Program-made: the position numbers and the translations under genes | Notes under the pieces: model-generated | Seen by the model: the letters and a program-made list of their open reading frames with translations, nothing else | Database searches by the model: none | Told to the model about the DNA's origin: nothing | Shown: positions 9,077 through 19,680 of the stretch, one piece after another | Layout: each line of letters starts with the position of its first letter | Numbering within the stretch: position 1 is the stretch's first letter | Assembly (NCBI GenBank): GCA_963727455.1 | Contig: CAVSGG010000005.1 | Span: 128,001-192,000 of the forward strand | DNA length: 64,000 bases | Reading direction: 5' to 3' | DNA from: Candidatus Krumholzibacteriota bacterium | GTDB taxonomy: Bacteria > Krumholzibacteriota > Krumholzibacteriia > JAJRXK01

Positions 9077-11821
9077 TTGCACAAGCTTGGGTTGTGGAGT
9101 GATATTGAATCGAGGCCCGCGAAAACCGGGAGGGAGAGCGTCATTATCGTTCCTCTACAGTCGAAAGTCCTTGGGAGACTGCTTCTTGGCGCCCTGCTCT
9201 GCTCCTTTGGCGGCATTCAAGCTGCACGGGCCTTTCAGGGCCCCTTCCCCGGCCCGGTCTATGTCAGCAGTCCGGGTGGTCCGGCCTATCTGCTCGTCTC
9301 CGATCTGAATTCGGATGGCATTCCCGATCTGTTGTCCACCTCCCCACGTTTGGGCTCCCTGTTGCTCCACGTAGGTCTGGGGGGTGGGTCCTTCAAGTTG
9401 GCGCAGACCGTGAACGTCGCGGGTACGCCGTACCGTGCGGCGGTGGGAGATCTGGATCATGATGACCGCATCGACCTGGTATGGATCGATCAATCCTCCG
9501 GCATGCTGTACTGGTCCTACGCGAATCCTCCCCCGGGAGTCTCCTTCTCAGGAGGGGGATTTCTGCCCGAAGGAGAGGAAGCGACCGGTCTGGTACTGAC
9601 CGACTTCGACGAGGATGGCTGGCTTGACGCAGTGGTCGCCGTGGGAGGTGGTGACGCCATTGCAATCCACTTCAACGACGGCTCGGGAACCCTGCTCGCG
9701 GGCCAATCCTATGGCGTGGGAGATCGTCCGATGCAGATCCTCACCTCCGTCTCACCTCTGAACGGGGAACCGCGGATCATTCTCGGGCAATCGGGTGTAC
9801 TCTCGCAGAACGTGGCGATCTACGACGGAATTGCGCCCACCATCAGCTCAGGTGATGGCGAGCGGTGCGCCACAGTGGATCGAAGAGGGCCGTTGGGACG
9901 CCGATGCGCTGGACGACCTCTTCCTTGTGGTGCAGGACGGCAGTGAGCTACAGGTCCACCGCGCCCTGACCGACGGCACTTACGAATTCGAACGCAGCAC
10001 TCCTCTGGAACCCGGATCGGTTTCCATGGCCCAGCTCGAACCGATGGCCGGACTGCGACGTCTGATCGTGGGGGAGGCACGCCGGGACCGTTTGACTCTC
10101 TTCGAGGGGGATCCGGGGGTGAGCTTGACGGCACGACGCTCGTGGTTCGTAGGAAGTGGTTACGAGCAGATCCTCGCCGCCGATGTGGATCAAGTCGCAG
10201 GAAAGGAAATTCTGGTTCCTCTTCCTATGACGAATCGATTGCCATCGTTCACCAGAACGGGGAAGGGCTCCTGGCCTACCAATCGGTGAAAGTGGGCGTC
10301 CAGGCGCGGAGCGTGCACTATCTCGGACCGGGACCCGATCACCCCGCTCGGGTCGCCGTATTGCACCAGGTGAACCCCATTTTGCGTATTTTCGAGCCTT
10401 ACGAAGGGTCCCTGCGTCAAGTCCAACAGCTGAACGGAAGTTCCGGACTGAGCCGTCTTCGGTGGAAGGACCTGGACGCAAACGGCCAACCCGATCTGAT
10501 TGCACTGCGCAGCGGTGTCGGGGTGGAGTTTCGACTGGCCGACGACTTCGGTGTCTTCTCGTCGACCGCGCTCATTCCGATCGCGGCGGTGCTCACCGGA
10601 CTCGATGCTGGAGAGATCGACGGTGACGGCAAGGCCGATCTGATCGTGGCCGATCATGACGCCTCGCTCGTGCACATTTTTCTCGGAGATGGTACTGGCA
10701 GCTTCAGTGAAGCTCAGTCGCTGGAGACCGCTCTGCCCCCGGTCCAGGCGGTGCTCAGTGATCTGGATCTCGATGGCTACGACGATCTCATTCTACTGGA
10801 CGGCACGAACTTCCTTTCGATCTTCTACAACGATGGCGGGCACTTCGGTTCTCCCATCCGTCCACTGGTGGGAACCGGCGCCGACCAGATCGTGATCGCG
10901 CGCATGAACGCCGATCAATATCCCGACATTCTGGTGGCGAGCGGAGGCACGCGGAGCAGCTACACCACTTACGTGAGTACCGCAAAGCGCGTCTACTCCG
11001 TGGCGTCCTTGGGAGAGACTACGAAAACAGGGCTCAGCCAGGTGAGCTTGGCGGACATCTCCGAGGATGGAATCGCGGATTTGGTCTTCACTTCGGTGGC
11101 GGTCAAGGGAATTCGTCTTCGTGCTGGCAACGGCGATGGCACTTTCGCCGAAGGGATCTCCTATCCCGGGGCCTCCCTGGTGCTCTCTCTCGGTGTTGGC
11201 GACATCGACGGCGACCAACGCTACGACATCATTCTGCTGGACGGGATTTCGGAGAGCATGCATCTGCTCCTCAGAAACCCACAGCCGATGGTGGACGCTG
11301 CACCGCGCCTGCTCGCGACTCGCACAGAATTGGGAGTGGAGCTACGGACAGAGACCCTGCAGCAGGTCAGGGTCGTCAGGCTGCGCGACGGCTTGTCCAT
11401 CGCATTGCGCGAGGAGGGTGTGGGTGTGTGGCAAGCCCTTGACAACTCGGCCTCAATGGGACCGGAAGAATACTCCTTGCTGGATATTTCAGGAAAGGAA
11501 CTCGACCGCGCCCGAGTAGCGGCATTCACCCGGGCGACCACGCAAGTTCGCCTGGCGGCGCCCTTTCCCAATCCTTCGAGCAGCACGGTTCACGTCCGCT
11601 TTCGTGCCGCGCCCGATACTTCACCGCGCGTGCGGCTCATTGACGCCCGCGGCCGCGTGGTCGCGCAGCTGGCAGTGGGACTCGGAGTCGACGGATGGTA
11701 CCAAGGCACTTGGGATGGACTCGACACTCGGGGCCGGAGAGTCGCTCGAGGACGCTACCACGTGGATCTCGAAGTGGCGGGACGGCACATGAGCCGCCCG
11801 CTCACGTGGTTGGGACCTTGA
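9077..11821 (+). CDS. Secreted FG-GAP/VCBS-repeat beta-propeller protein with C-terminal FlgD-Ig/T9SS-like domain; two apparent frameshifts (about 9845 and 10237); start uncertain
   Basis: Repeated D(L/F/I)xxDGxxD motifs across ORFs 9077..9946, 9795..10289 and 10142..11821. C-terminus PFPNP...IDARGRVV...WDGLDTRGRRVARGRY. Confidence 0.8.
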
Positions 11822-12746
11822 GTTCGGGGGGGACGTAGGTCACTTCTTCTTCGAGTTCGATTCCGAACTGTTCGCGAACGCGACGTTTCATTTCGGCGGC
11901 AAGCTCGAGGACCTCGCGCGCGGTGGCGCCACCGGCATTGATGATGATGTTCGCGTGCTTGTGAAAGACCGCTGCGCCCCCCACCCGCAGAGACTTGGCT
12001 CCAACCTCTTCCAACAACTTGCCAGCCGGGATGCGCCGATCGTTCGGATCCAAGGGAGGAACGTTCTTGAAATAGCTACCGGCGCAGGGCTCGCCTTGAG
12101 GATGCTTGCGCTCGCGGAGTTTCACGTTCTTGCGAATCGTGGCTTCGCTCTGCTTGAGATTTCCCTCGTTGAGATGAAGCGCGAGGTCCACGAGCACGTT
12201 GCCATTGCGCTTGAGTGCGCTCTCGCGGTAGGCGAATTCGAAGGCGGCCGGTCCGACCTCGACAACCCGGCCGTCCTTCTCGATCCACCGCGCGGTGACC
12301 AGAAAATCGCCGATGGACTGGCCGTAGCAGCCGGCGTTGCCCCACACCGCGCCCCCGACCGTGCCGGGAATTCCCGCCGCGAATTCCAGACCGCTGAGGC
12401 CCATTTCCACGCTCTGAAGGATCAACTCGTGGAATCCCACCCCCGACTCGACCCGAAGCAAGCGGTCTTCGTAAGTTCTTTGGGTCATGCGATCGGCAAT
12501 CACGAGCGCTCTCAGCCCCGCGTCGTCGAAGAGCAGATTGCTGCCGCCACCCATGAGGAAAGTCGGTATCTTTAGCTCACGGGCCGCGGCCAGAAGTTCG
12601 GCCAAGAGGACGCGGTCCTCGACTTCGACGAAACGATCGGCGTTACCGCCAATTTTGAAGGTGGTATGGGGGGCAATTGGGTGGTCTCTTTGGAGGCGGC
12701 CCGGGAATCTCTCATCGAGTTCGGAGTATTGAATAGGTGTGCGCAT
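11802..12746 (-). CDS. murB: UDP-N-acetylenolpyruvoylglucosamine reductase
   Basis: HTTFKIGG, GGGSNLL, GIPGTVGGAVWGNAG, FAYRES, AGSYFKN, HANIIIN. Confidence 0.95.
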   Translation of the reverse strand: MRTPIQYSELDERFPGRLQRDHPIAPHTTFKIGGNADRFVEVEDRVLLAELLAAARELKIPTFLMGGGSNLLFDDAGLRALVIADRMTQRTYEDRLLRVESGVGFHELILQSVEMGLSGLEFAAGIPGTVGGAVWGNAGCYGQSIGDFLVTARWIEKDGRVVEVGPAAFEFAYRESALKRNGNVLVDLALHLNEGNLKQSEATIRKNVKLRERKHPQGEPCAGSYFKNVPPLDPNDRRIPAGKLLEEVGAKSLRVGGAAVFHKHANIIINAGGATAREVLELAAEMKRRVREQFGIELEEEVTYVPPELKVPTT

Positions 12747-12828
12747 GGACCCCGAAGTGGCGAAACCGGGCATTAGATTACACCCTGAGGGAGACTTCGA
12801 GCCGCCAGCTTAGAGAGGACCCCAGAGC

Positions 12829-13923
12829 TTGTCAATCCGACCGGCAAATGAGCGTGAGCGGAACGAATCCGCGGGGAGCGAGGCGAGGGTCTGGCTGTGG
12901 GCATTCTTGCTCACTCTTTTTCTGCACGCTTCCGTGTTGTCCCTGCTCGTGGTGTTGCGACCGTTCGAACCAAAACCGGTCGAGGCCAAAGAGCCGGAGC
13001 CCATCCGTATGGTTTTCCGGCAGAACGAGGCAAAGACCTCGCCTCCGGCCCCGCAACGCGAACCGGAGAAGCAAAAGACTTTCACCGAACTCCCATCCGA
13101 CCGTCAGGACAAACCTCCTGACCCTGAGAACCAGGCTCCCGAGCAGACCGATCTGATCAGCAACGTCGATAGCCGTGCGCGGGATCAAGTGTCGGGTGGG
13201 GAGAAAGGGGCCATGCCTCGGATGACCGGTGATTCGGAAATTCGCCAAGTGGGGATGCGCCCCAGTTCGGTCGGCGAGCTCGCTGCTTCCGCCGGAGAGG
13301 CCAATCCGAAGGGAGAGGCAGAGGCCGAATCCCCAGAGGAGCGTCACACCCCCACCGTGGGCGGAAAGCAAAACCTGCCTGCTTCCGTAGATCAGAAGAA
13401 CGGGAAGGACGAGCGCGAGTCCTCACTGAAGGGGAATCCGCAGGGCGAGCTCGAACGAAGGAAGTCCGCGCGCGATCTCACCCAGGATCTACTACGAGAA
13501 CAGGGCCGGACGCCTCGCCTGCTGCACCCCGACAAGGGGATGCAGGACATCTTCCAGGAGGAGATGCACAACCCCGGGGGCAACACCGCGCTCTTCGGCG
13601 ATATCAGTCTGAACACCCTGGAATGGGCTTGGGCTCCCTGGCTCCAGCGATTCCGTCGCGACTTCGTGAGGAACTGGGTGGCACCCTACGCGTACTATTT
13701 GGGTCTGATCGACGGTTACACGGTCGTCGAGCTGGAAATCGCGCCCGATGGGCGGATGCTGCGCCTGGACGTACTCGATGAGAAAGGACACGAATCCCTG
13801 GGCCAGAACAGCGTAGCCGCGTTCAAAGCGACCGCCCCGTTTCGGCCGCTGCCCGAAGGATTCCCCGAACCCTCTCTCGTGCTGCGAATCAAGCTCATCT
13901 ATCCCCCTCTACACCGGCGCTGA
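12829..13923 (+). CDS. TonB/TolA-like energy transducer
   Basis: N-terminal TM helix with His (LLTLFLHAS), Pro/Glu/Lys-rich linker, TonB_C-like end (ELEIAPDG...APFRPLP); upstream of exbB/exbD homologues. Confidence 0.8.
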   Translation: MSIRPANERERNESAGSEARVWLWAFLLTLFLHASVLSLLVVLRPFEPKPVEAKEPEPIRMVFRQNEAKTSPPAPQREPEKQKTFTELPSDRQDKPPDPENQAPEQTDLISNVDSRARDQVSGGEKGAMPRMTGDSEIRQVGMRPSSVGELAASAGEANPKGEAEAESPEERHTPTVGGKQNLPASVDQKNGKDERESSLKGNPQGELERRKSARDLTQDLLREQGRTPRLLHPDKGMQDIFQEEMHNPGGNTALFGDISLNTLEWAWAPWLQRFRRDFVRNWVAPYAYYLGLIDGYTVVELEIAPDGRMLRLDVLDEKGHESLGQNSVAAFKATAPFRPLPEGFPEPSLVLRIKLIYPPLHRR

Positions 13924-14020
13924 GGCCCGGGTAGGACGCGAGCCCGCCCGCTTGCCAGCGGCTGCCCTTGCCCCTATGGTGGGGGCCGAATTCACTCGAT
14001 GATCGCCTGGAGCGCGACAG

Positions 14021-14677
14021 ATGATAGATAGCCTTCTCAGTGCCGGCCCCGTGATGATCCCGCTCGCGCTCTGCAGTTTGCTCGCTGGGACCATAGCAGT
14101 GGAGCGTGTCCTTGCGCTGCGCCGGTCCCGCGTTCTTCCCAAGGAAATCGTGGAAGTGGTCGAGTCGGTGCAAGCGGGCAAGGATCTCTCGGTCGCCATC
14201 GAGATTTGCCGGCGTAATCCCGGTGTGTTCAGCCACATCATGCGCGAGGGTCTGGAGAAGGCCAACGAGCCCTGGCAGGAGATGCGGGATGCAGTCATCG
14301 ACACCGGCCGCCAAGAGACCCCGCAGCTCGAGCGAAATCTGGTGTGGCTGGAGACCATTGCCCAGGCCGCACCGCTCCTGGGGCTTTTGGGCACCGTCCT
14401 GGGGATGATCAAGGTGTTCGGAGCGATTTCGGTCACGGGTTTGGGCAACCCCCAGGCTCTGAGCGAGGGTATCAGCGAAGCCATGATCACCACCGCGGTT
14501 GGCTTGGCCATCGGAATTCCCACCCTGATTGCGCACAATCTGGTGGCCTCCCGCGCCGCCAACCTCATCACCGAGATCGAAGCCTACGCCTCTCGCCTCG
14601 TCACTCGCCTGCGTCACGGAGATGAGGCAGTCTCCGGGCTGCAACCGGTTGAGTTCCACCGGGGGGTCGAAGCGTGA
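14021..14677 (+). CDS. exbB: MotA/TolQ/ExbB proton channel protein
   Basis: APLLGLLGTVLGMI and GISEAMITTAVGL. Confidence 0.92.
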   Translation: MIDSLLSAGPVMIPLALCSLLAGTIAVERVLALRRSRVLPKEIVEVVESVQAGKDLSVAIEICRRNPGVFSHIMREGLEKANEPWQEMRDAVIDTGRQETPQLERNLVWLETIAQAAPLLGLLGTVLGMIKVFGAISVTGLGNPQALSEGISEAMITTAVGLAIGIPTLIAHNLVASRAANLITEIEAYASRLVTRLRHGDEAVSGLQPVEFHRGVEA

Positions 14678-15117
14678 GCGAGATGGTCTTTCGCGAGCGC
14701 AAGAAGCGCTCGAACGTCACGCTGAACGTCACCTCGCTCGTCGACGTGCTCTTCTTGCTTCTGATCTTTTTCATGGTCACCGGGACTTTCAAACGAGCGG
14801 GGGAGATGCAATTGGATCTCCCTGAGTCTTCCACCTCTACACCACGCTCCGAGGGCGCGGAGAGCTATCAGAGCACACTAGTTTTGCGCCAGGACGGCAC
14901 AGTTTTACTGAATGACCAGCAAGTCGACCTCTCGCAGTTGGCCACGAAACTCAAGCAGCTGGCCGCACAGGACGCAAAGGCGAGCATTCTACTCAACGCC
15001 GAAGCGGGGGCGCGTTACGGGGATGCGATTCATCTCATGGACCTGGTGCGTGAGGCGGGCTTCGGTGGGGTCTCCGTCGGCACGCAGCTCAAGACCTTCC
15101 GGGACGAGAAACCATGA
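14674..15117 (+). CDS. exbD: ExbD/TolR biopolymer transport protein
   Basis: NVTSLVDVLFLLLIFFMVT; start overlaps the exbB stop (GTGA). Confidence 0.92.
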   Translation: MSEMVFRERKKRSNVTLNVTSLVDVLFLLLIFFMVTGTFKRAGEMQLDLPESSTSTPRSEGAESYQSTLVLRQDGTVLLNDQQVDLSQLATKLKQLAAQDAKASILLNAEAGARYGDAIHLMDLVREAGFGGVSVGTQLKTFRDEKP

Positions 15118-16565
15118 GAGAGAGTCTTCGCCCACTGCACGGTGGACGCCTCTTGCTGCTCGCGAGCGCGGTGCTGGTGCTCTTGGCCTTTGGCTGCAGC
15201 AGCAGCGAGTTCGGTCCCACCGGTTCCGATCTTCCCGCCGATGTGAGCCAGGACAGCCTCGCGATTCCGCTCACGGTGACGGGGACCGCACAAGAACAAC
15301 GCTTCGATATGCCGCTGCTGGATCCGCCGCAGGGAGCTCCCATCAACGAGCGGGAATTTTTGTATTTTGGTACGAGGTCGAACGTAGGCCTGAAGGCAAC
15401 GCCATTCATTCAATTCGACTTTAGCGACATCCGACAGGCCGCGTTGGATTCCCTTCAGGCGGAACCGGATCAAATCCTCGAACTCAATCTCACACTCCGA
15501 ATGGGGAAGTACGACGACAAGCAAGCGATGCACGTGGGCATCTACGAACTCTCATCCCCGCTCGATTCCACCATGGTCGAGGATCCAGTTGCCACTCATC
15601 TCGGAGAGGAGCTGGGCGAGTTCTTGAGCTTGGGAGGGGAAACGCATGTTATCGACCTGCTCGAGGGTAGGGACCCGGGCGACGCTCTCGCCTTGAAGCA
15701 AAAGATTGTGAGCTGGATGGTGGCCGGGAAGCACAACGGGATCGCACTCGTCGATCTCGACAGCGAGACTCCACTGGTTTCGGCCGCTGCCCGACAATTC
15801 AATCTAAGCGCTCACCAGTTTCTGCTCTGGGATACGCCGCCCGAGGATCGCCCCGAGGTGAAGGGCACCTTTGTCGTGTATCCCATCTTCAGTATCGATT
15901 ATTGCAAAGGCTGTGCTCCAGAAGCGAAGGACAATGGATTTATTTTTGGTACGAAGCAGGATCTGACCGTGTTTGAACGCTCGCAGCCCTCAAGCAAGCT
16001 GGTTCTCGCTAGCCATCTCGCGCGCCGCGTGTGGCTCAATTTCGATCTCTCCTCCATACCGCCAGCCGCAACGATCAACAGTGCGGAGTTGGTGCTGCAC
16101 ATCGACAAAGATCACCTGGTTGCAGGGGGGGTACCCGGAGAGTTGGTTTCTCCGATCCCGGATTCCCCCAGCGCAGAGGAATCTGCACGCGCCACGGGGG
16201 ATCGTACTTTCGACAACAGTACTCTCACTCCCATCAGCCTCAGCGCTGTGGTCTATGAGGCCAGCGCACAGGATTCCACCACTGTTGGGCTTCCTCAAGT
16301 TCTCGATGCTTTAACCACACTCCGCCCCGATGTGATTCTGAGCGGGAGCTTGGAAACTGACACTCAGCTGCGCGTAAACATCGCCGATTACACGCAGCGC
16401 TTGGTGAACGGGATCTTCGGGAGCGATCCGCCGGGGCTCTTGTTGGCCTTCGCGAACGAACAACTGGAATATTTCGAAGTTCCCTTCTTCGATAGCACCG
16501 CCAGCGATTCGCTCAGGCCGCGCGTTGAGATCCGCTTCACTCCACCCGCGGACTTCGGGAATTGA
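15114..16565 (+). CDS. Hypothetical lipoprotein (possibly DUF4270/DNRLRE-like)
   Basis: Lipobox LAFGC; FDLSSIP..ATINSAELVL motif; translationally coupled. Confidence 0.6.
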   Translation: MRESLRPLHGGRLLLLASAVLVLLAFGCSSSEFGPTGSDLPADVSQDSLAIPLTVTGTAQEQRFDMPLLDPPQGAPINEREFLYFGTRSNVGLKATPFIQFDFSDIRQAALDSLQAEPDQILELNLTLRMGKYDDKQAMHVGIYELSSPLDSTMVEDPVATHLGEELGEFLSLGGETHVIDLLEGRDPGDALALKQKIVSWMVAGKHNGIALVDLDSETPLVSAAARQFNLSAHQFLLWDTPPEDRPEVKGTFVVYPIFSIDYCKGCAPEAKDNGFIFGTKQDLTVFERSQPSSKLVLASHLARRVWLNFDLSSIPPAATINSAELVLHIDKDHLVAGGVPGELVSPIPDSPSAEESARATGDRTFDNSTLTPISLSAVVYEASAQDSTTVGLPQVLDALTTLRPDVILSGSLETDTQLRVNIADYTQRLVNGIFGSDPPGLLLAFANEQLEYFEVPFFDSTASDSLRPRVEIRFTPPADFGN

Positions 16566-17791
16566 GGATGCAGAAGATGCCCGCATTCCGAGGGGACACA
16601 CGAGTGATCGGCGCAGCTCGTCTCGCCGTCGTGCTCCTGCTCGCGAGCGCTTTCGCGTGGGTTGATGTCGCGCGCGCCGATTCGATCTTCAACCAATCCT
16701 ATTTCGGCGGCGACTCTTCGATGACCGATGCGCGCGCCGAAGGACGCGGGGGCGCCAACCTGGGCTACACCGACTCGTTGAACGCCAACATCGGGATTCC
16801 CACGCAACTCTTGGATCTCAAACGCGTCACCTTCACGCTCACCTCGAATTGGGGACGCACCAATTCCAAAGACGAATACGGCTCGGTCAAACGCTACGAT
16901 ATTGTCAATCCGACTTTGCGTGTGGGGATGCCTCTGGGCTCGCGTATGGGCTTCGGCATGGGTTTCGTCGCCCGGCGCAGCGCGCAGTGGACCATCGTGC
17001 GACCCGCGGCCGCCAGCGCGGATACACTGCCCTCGCCGGAGACCCTGGAGCGCGAGGGCACCCTCTTCGACTTTCCCTTCGAGCTCGGGGTGCGAGTGCA
17101 TCGCCATCTGCGGGTAGGGGTCGGTTTGTTGCTGGTTCGCGGGACTTTACGGCAGCGCTATTCGGCAGTCGTCCCCGGAGCCGGGGCCGATCCCGCCGAC
17201 GTGCGCGAGGACGTTTTCTCCGGTGATGCAGCCAAATTCGCGCTCGGGTTGTATGATATAGGACCAGCGACGGTGACCGGTTTCTATGTGCCGCAATACG
17301 GCGCGAAGGTCGACATTCGGGTCCGCGGCGTCTCCAAGGACTCGCGCCGGGACGACCATCGAGTCGATACTCTCCCGGCTCGAATGGGAGTGGGAACGCG
17401 GATCGATCTCCCTGGGAGACTGAGCTGGGGCGCCGATTACCTTCGTGAGTACTGGTCGAAGTACGAGGGCCGTCAGATTTATGAGGGCCACATGCAGGAC
17501 GAGTGGTCCATCCACACCGGACTGGAGTTCGAGGAGCGGGGTGTGGGAAGGCGGCGCAAAGCGCCGTGGCGCGTGGGCTATTGGTACCGCAGCTGGAACT
17601 ATGCTCTGCAGGGGGAGCAGGTGACGGAGTGGGCCGCAAGTTTGGGAACGAGCCTACGGCTTCTGGGTCCGTACACGAGAGCTGACGTGGCTCTGCAGTA
17701 CGGGAAGGTGGGTTCGATGGATCGAAACGGCGCGTCCGAGAGTTTTTTCCGCTTGGTGGTCTCGATCACTGGCGGCGAAAAATGGTATTGA
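16562..17791 (+). CDS. Outer-membrane beta-barrel, OmpP1/FadL-like
   Basis: Signal peptide, ARAEGRGG plug-like motif, alternating aromatic strands, C-terminal GEKWY. Confidence 0.65.
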   Translation: MRMQKMPAFRGDTRVIGAARLAVVLLLASAFAWVDVARADSIFNQSYFGGDSSMTDARAEGRGGANLGYTDSLNANIGIPTQLLDLKRVTFTLTSNWGRTNSKDEYGSVKRYDIVNPTLRVGMPLGSRMGFGMGFVARRSAQWTIVRPAAASADTLPSPETLEREGTLFDFPFELGVRVHRHLRVGVGLLLVRGTLRQRYSAVVPGAGADPADVREDVFSGDAAKFALGLYDIGPATVTGFYVPQYGAKVDIRVRGVSKDSRRDDHRVDTLPARMGVGTRIDLPGRLSWGADYLREYWSKYEGRQIYEGHMQDEWSIHTGLEFEERGVGRRRKAPWRVGYWYRSWNYALQGEQVTEWAASLGTSLRLLGPYTRADVALQYGKVGSMDRNGASESFFRLVVSITGGEKWY

Positions 17792-17836
17792 GCAGAATTC
17801 CCGTCGACTAGCTGAGACGGGGCCAGGGAGTGAATC

Positions 17837-18535
17837 ATGAAGCTGAATAGGGTTCTCTACGGGTTTCTCATCGTGATGATTGCGCTCATTCCCGCCGGTG
17901 TTGCGGCGCAGGGTGTCGAGCACGAACTCTCCAAGGAGATGCAGAAGAAGGTCGACAGTCTACCCGACAACCTCACGCGCATCGACTATCTCAAGGAGCA
18001 GGCTCAGGCCCATCCGAAGGACCCAGGCATCGCCTTCTCACTGGGAAATCTCTTGCTCGACGAGGGTAAGACCGACGCCGCGGTCGAACAGTACAAGAAG
18101 GCTACGGAGTTGGACGATGCTTACCTGGGCGCCTGGGTGAATCTGGGCAATGCCTACGATGATCTGGATCAACTGGACAACGCGCAAAAGAGCTATCAGA
18201 AGGCCCTGAAGCTCGATCCAACCGACGAAAAGACGCTGTGCAATTTGGGAGGTGTGTATTTCAAGAAGAGGCGGGTCAATTTGGCCTTGGACTGCTTCGA
18301 GAAATCGCTGAAGAACCACCCGAAGTCGCAGCTTACGCGCTACAACATGGCCATTTTGTTCGCGGACTCCGAGATCTACCGGGAAGCCAAGAGAGAATGG
18401 GAAAAGGCGGTGGCCCTCGACCCCAACAGCGATTTGGGAAAGCGCAGCGCGGAGAACATCAAGATCATCGATGATCTCATGAACTCGAAGTCCCCCGAAC
18501 TTCCCAAGGCGGAGGAGAACAAGGCCTCCAAGTGA
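17837..18535 (+). CDS. Exported tetratricopeptide-repeat protein
   Basis: Signal peptide plus about 4 TPRs (AWVNLGNAY...KALKLDP). Confidence 0.85.
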   Translation: MKLNRVLYGFLIVMIALIPAGVAAQGVEHELSKEMQKKVDSLPDNLTRIDYLKEQAQAHPKDPGIAFSLGNLLLDEGKTDAAVEQYKKATELDDAYLGAWVNLGNAYDDLDQLDNAQKSYQKALKLDPTDEKTLCNLGGVYFKKRRVNLALDCFEKSLKNHPKSQLTRYNMAILFADSEIYREAKREWEKAVALDPNSDLGKRSAENIKIIDDLMNSKSPELPKAEENKASK

Positions 18536-19680
18536 TCGTGCCGCAGACCGGCGCCGCCCCCTCTAGGAGACCGATGTGGAAGGAAGTGACACTCCCTGCT
18601 CCCGGCTCCCGCGTGGTCGTGGGGCTTTCTGGAGGTGTTGACAGCGCGGTCACCGCGCTCCGCCTCAAAGAACGCGGCTGCGAAGTTCTAGGGGTCACCA
18701 CCCGCAATTTTTGCGAGGACGACCTCCCGGGCGGATCCACGGACTTCGAGCGCTCATGCTGCTCGCGCGAGGCCATCGCGGCGGCGCGCGAACTGGCATC
18801 CGACCTGGGAATCGCCCACCACGTGCTGGACCTCGCAAAGCCTTTCTCAAAGCAAGTCATCGAAGATTTCGTTCTCGAATACCAATCGGGTAAGACCCCG
18901 AATCCCTGCGTTCGCTGTAACCGCTTCGTGCGCTACCCCTATCTTCTCGAGTTCGCACGCCGCATGAACGCCGGCTTCGTCGCCACTGGCCATTACGCCC
19001 GGCTCTTCGAACATCCAAACAGCGGCCGGCACGTTGCGCGCGCGAGGGACGAATCCAAGGATCAGTCCTATTACCTGCACGGGCTTCGTTCCGAGATTCT
19101 GCAGCACTGCGTGTTCCCCTTGGGAGAGCTGTACAAGTCCGAGGTGCGCGAGCAAGCGCATGCGCATGGCCTGCCCGCGGCAGATACTCCAGAGAGCCAG
19201 GAGATCTGTTTCGTCCCCGGGGGGGATCGCTCGGCAATCGTCGCGGGTGGAACGGGCCCCGGCGAAATCGTCGATCGGAGGGGAGAAGTCCTCGGCCACC
19301 ATCGAGGTCTTGCTCACTACACGGTGGGCCAGAGAAGGGGTTTGCAGCTCAACGCAAATGGAAGCCACTATGTTGTCCAACTCGATGCGGAGACGAACCG
19401 CGTCATCGTGGGGAATGAGGAGGATCTGCTTCGCGACCGACTGATTTGTGACCAGGCGTGGTTGAGAGATCCGCTGGAGTCTTCGCCGGGACTCTCGGCG
19501 CGCACGCGCTCCCGCCATCGCGGTTGCGCCGTCCGCAATCTACGCTACGAGAGCGGACGGATGGAAGTGCGGCTCGCAGAGGCCGACCGGGCTCCCGCGC
19601 CGGGGCAATCGCTGGTTCTCTATCGTGAAGGCGTCGTCGTAGGAGGCGGACGTATCAAGGAGGCGAAATGCGCAAACTGA
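18532..19680 (+). CDS. mnmA: tRNA-specific 2-thiouridylase
   Basis: SGGVDS, TPNPCVRCN, ATGHYA, KDQSY, ESQEICF, YTVGQRRGL, PGQS. Confidence 0.95.
   Translation: MIVPQTGAAPSRRPMWKEVTLPAPGSRVVVGLSGGVDSAVTALRLKERGCEVLGVTTRNFCEDDLPGGSTDFERSCCSREAIAAARELASDLGIAHHVLDLAKPFSKQVIEDFVLEYQSGKTPNPCVRCNRFVRYPYLLEFARRMNAGFVATGHYARLFEHPNSGRHVARARDESKDQSYYLHGLRSEILQHCVFPLGELYKSEVREQAHAHGLPAADTPESQEICFVPGGDRSAIVAGGTGPGEIVDRRGEVLGHHRGLAHYTVGQRRGLQLNANGSHYVVQLDAETNRVIVGNEEDLLRDRLICDQAWLRDPLESSPGLSARTRSRHRGCAVRNLRYESGRMEVRLAEADRAPAPGQSLVLYREGVVVGGGRIKEAKCAN

Noticed and set aside
9944-9946. TGA in the FG-GAP gene as possible selenocysteine, given selA
   Set aside because: Homology-like repeats continue in another frame from about 9845, so a frameshift explains it; no redox motif or evident SECIS.
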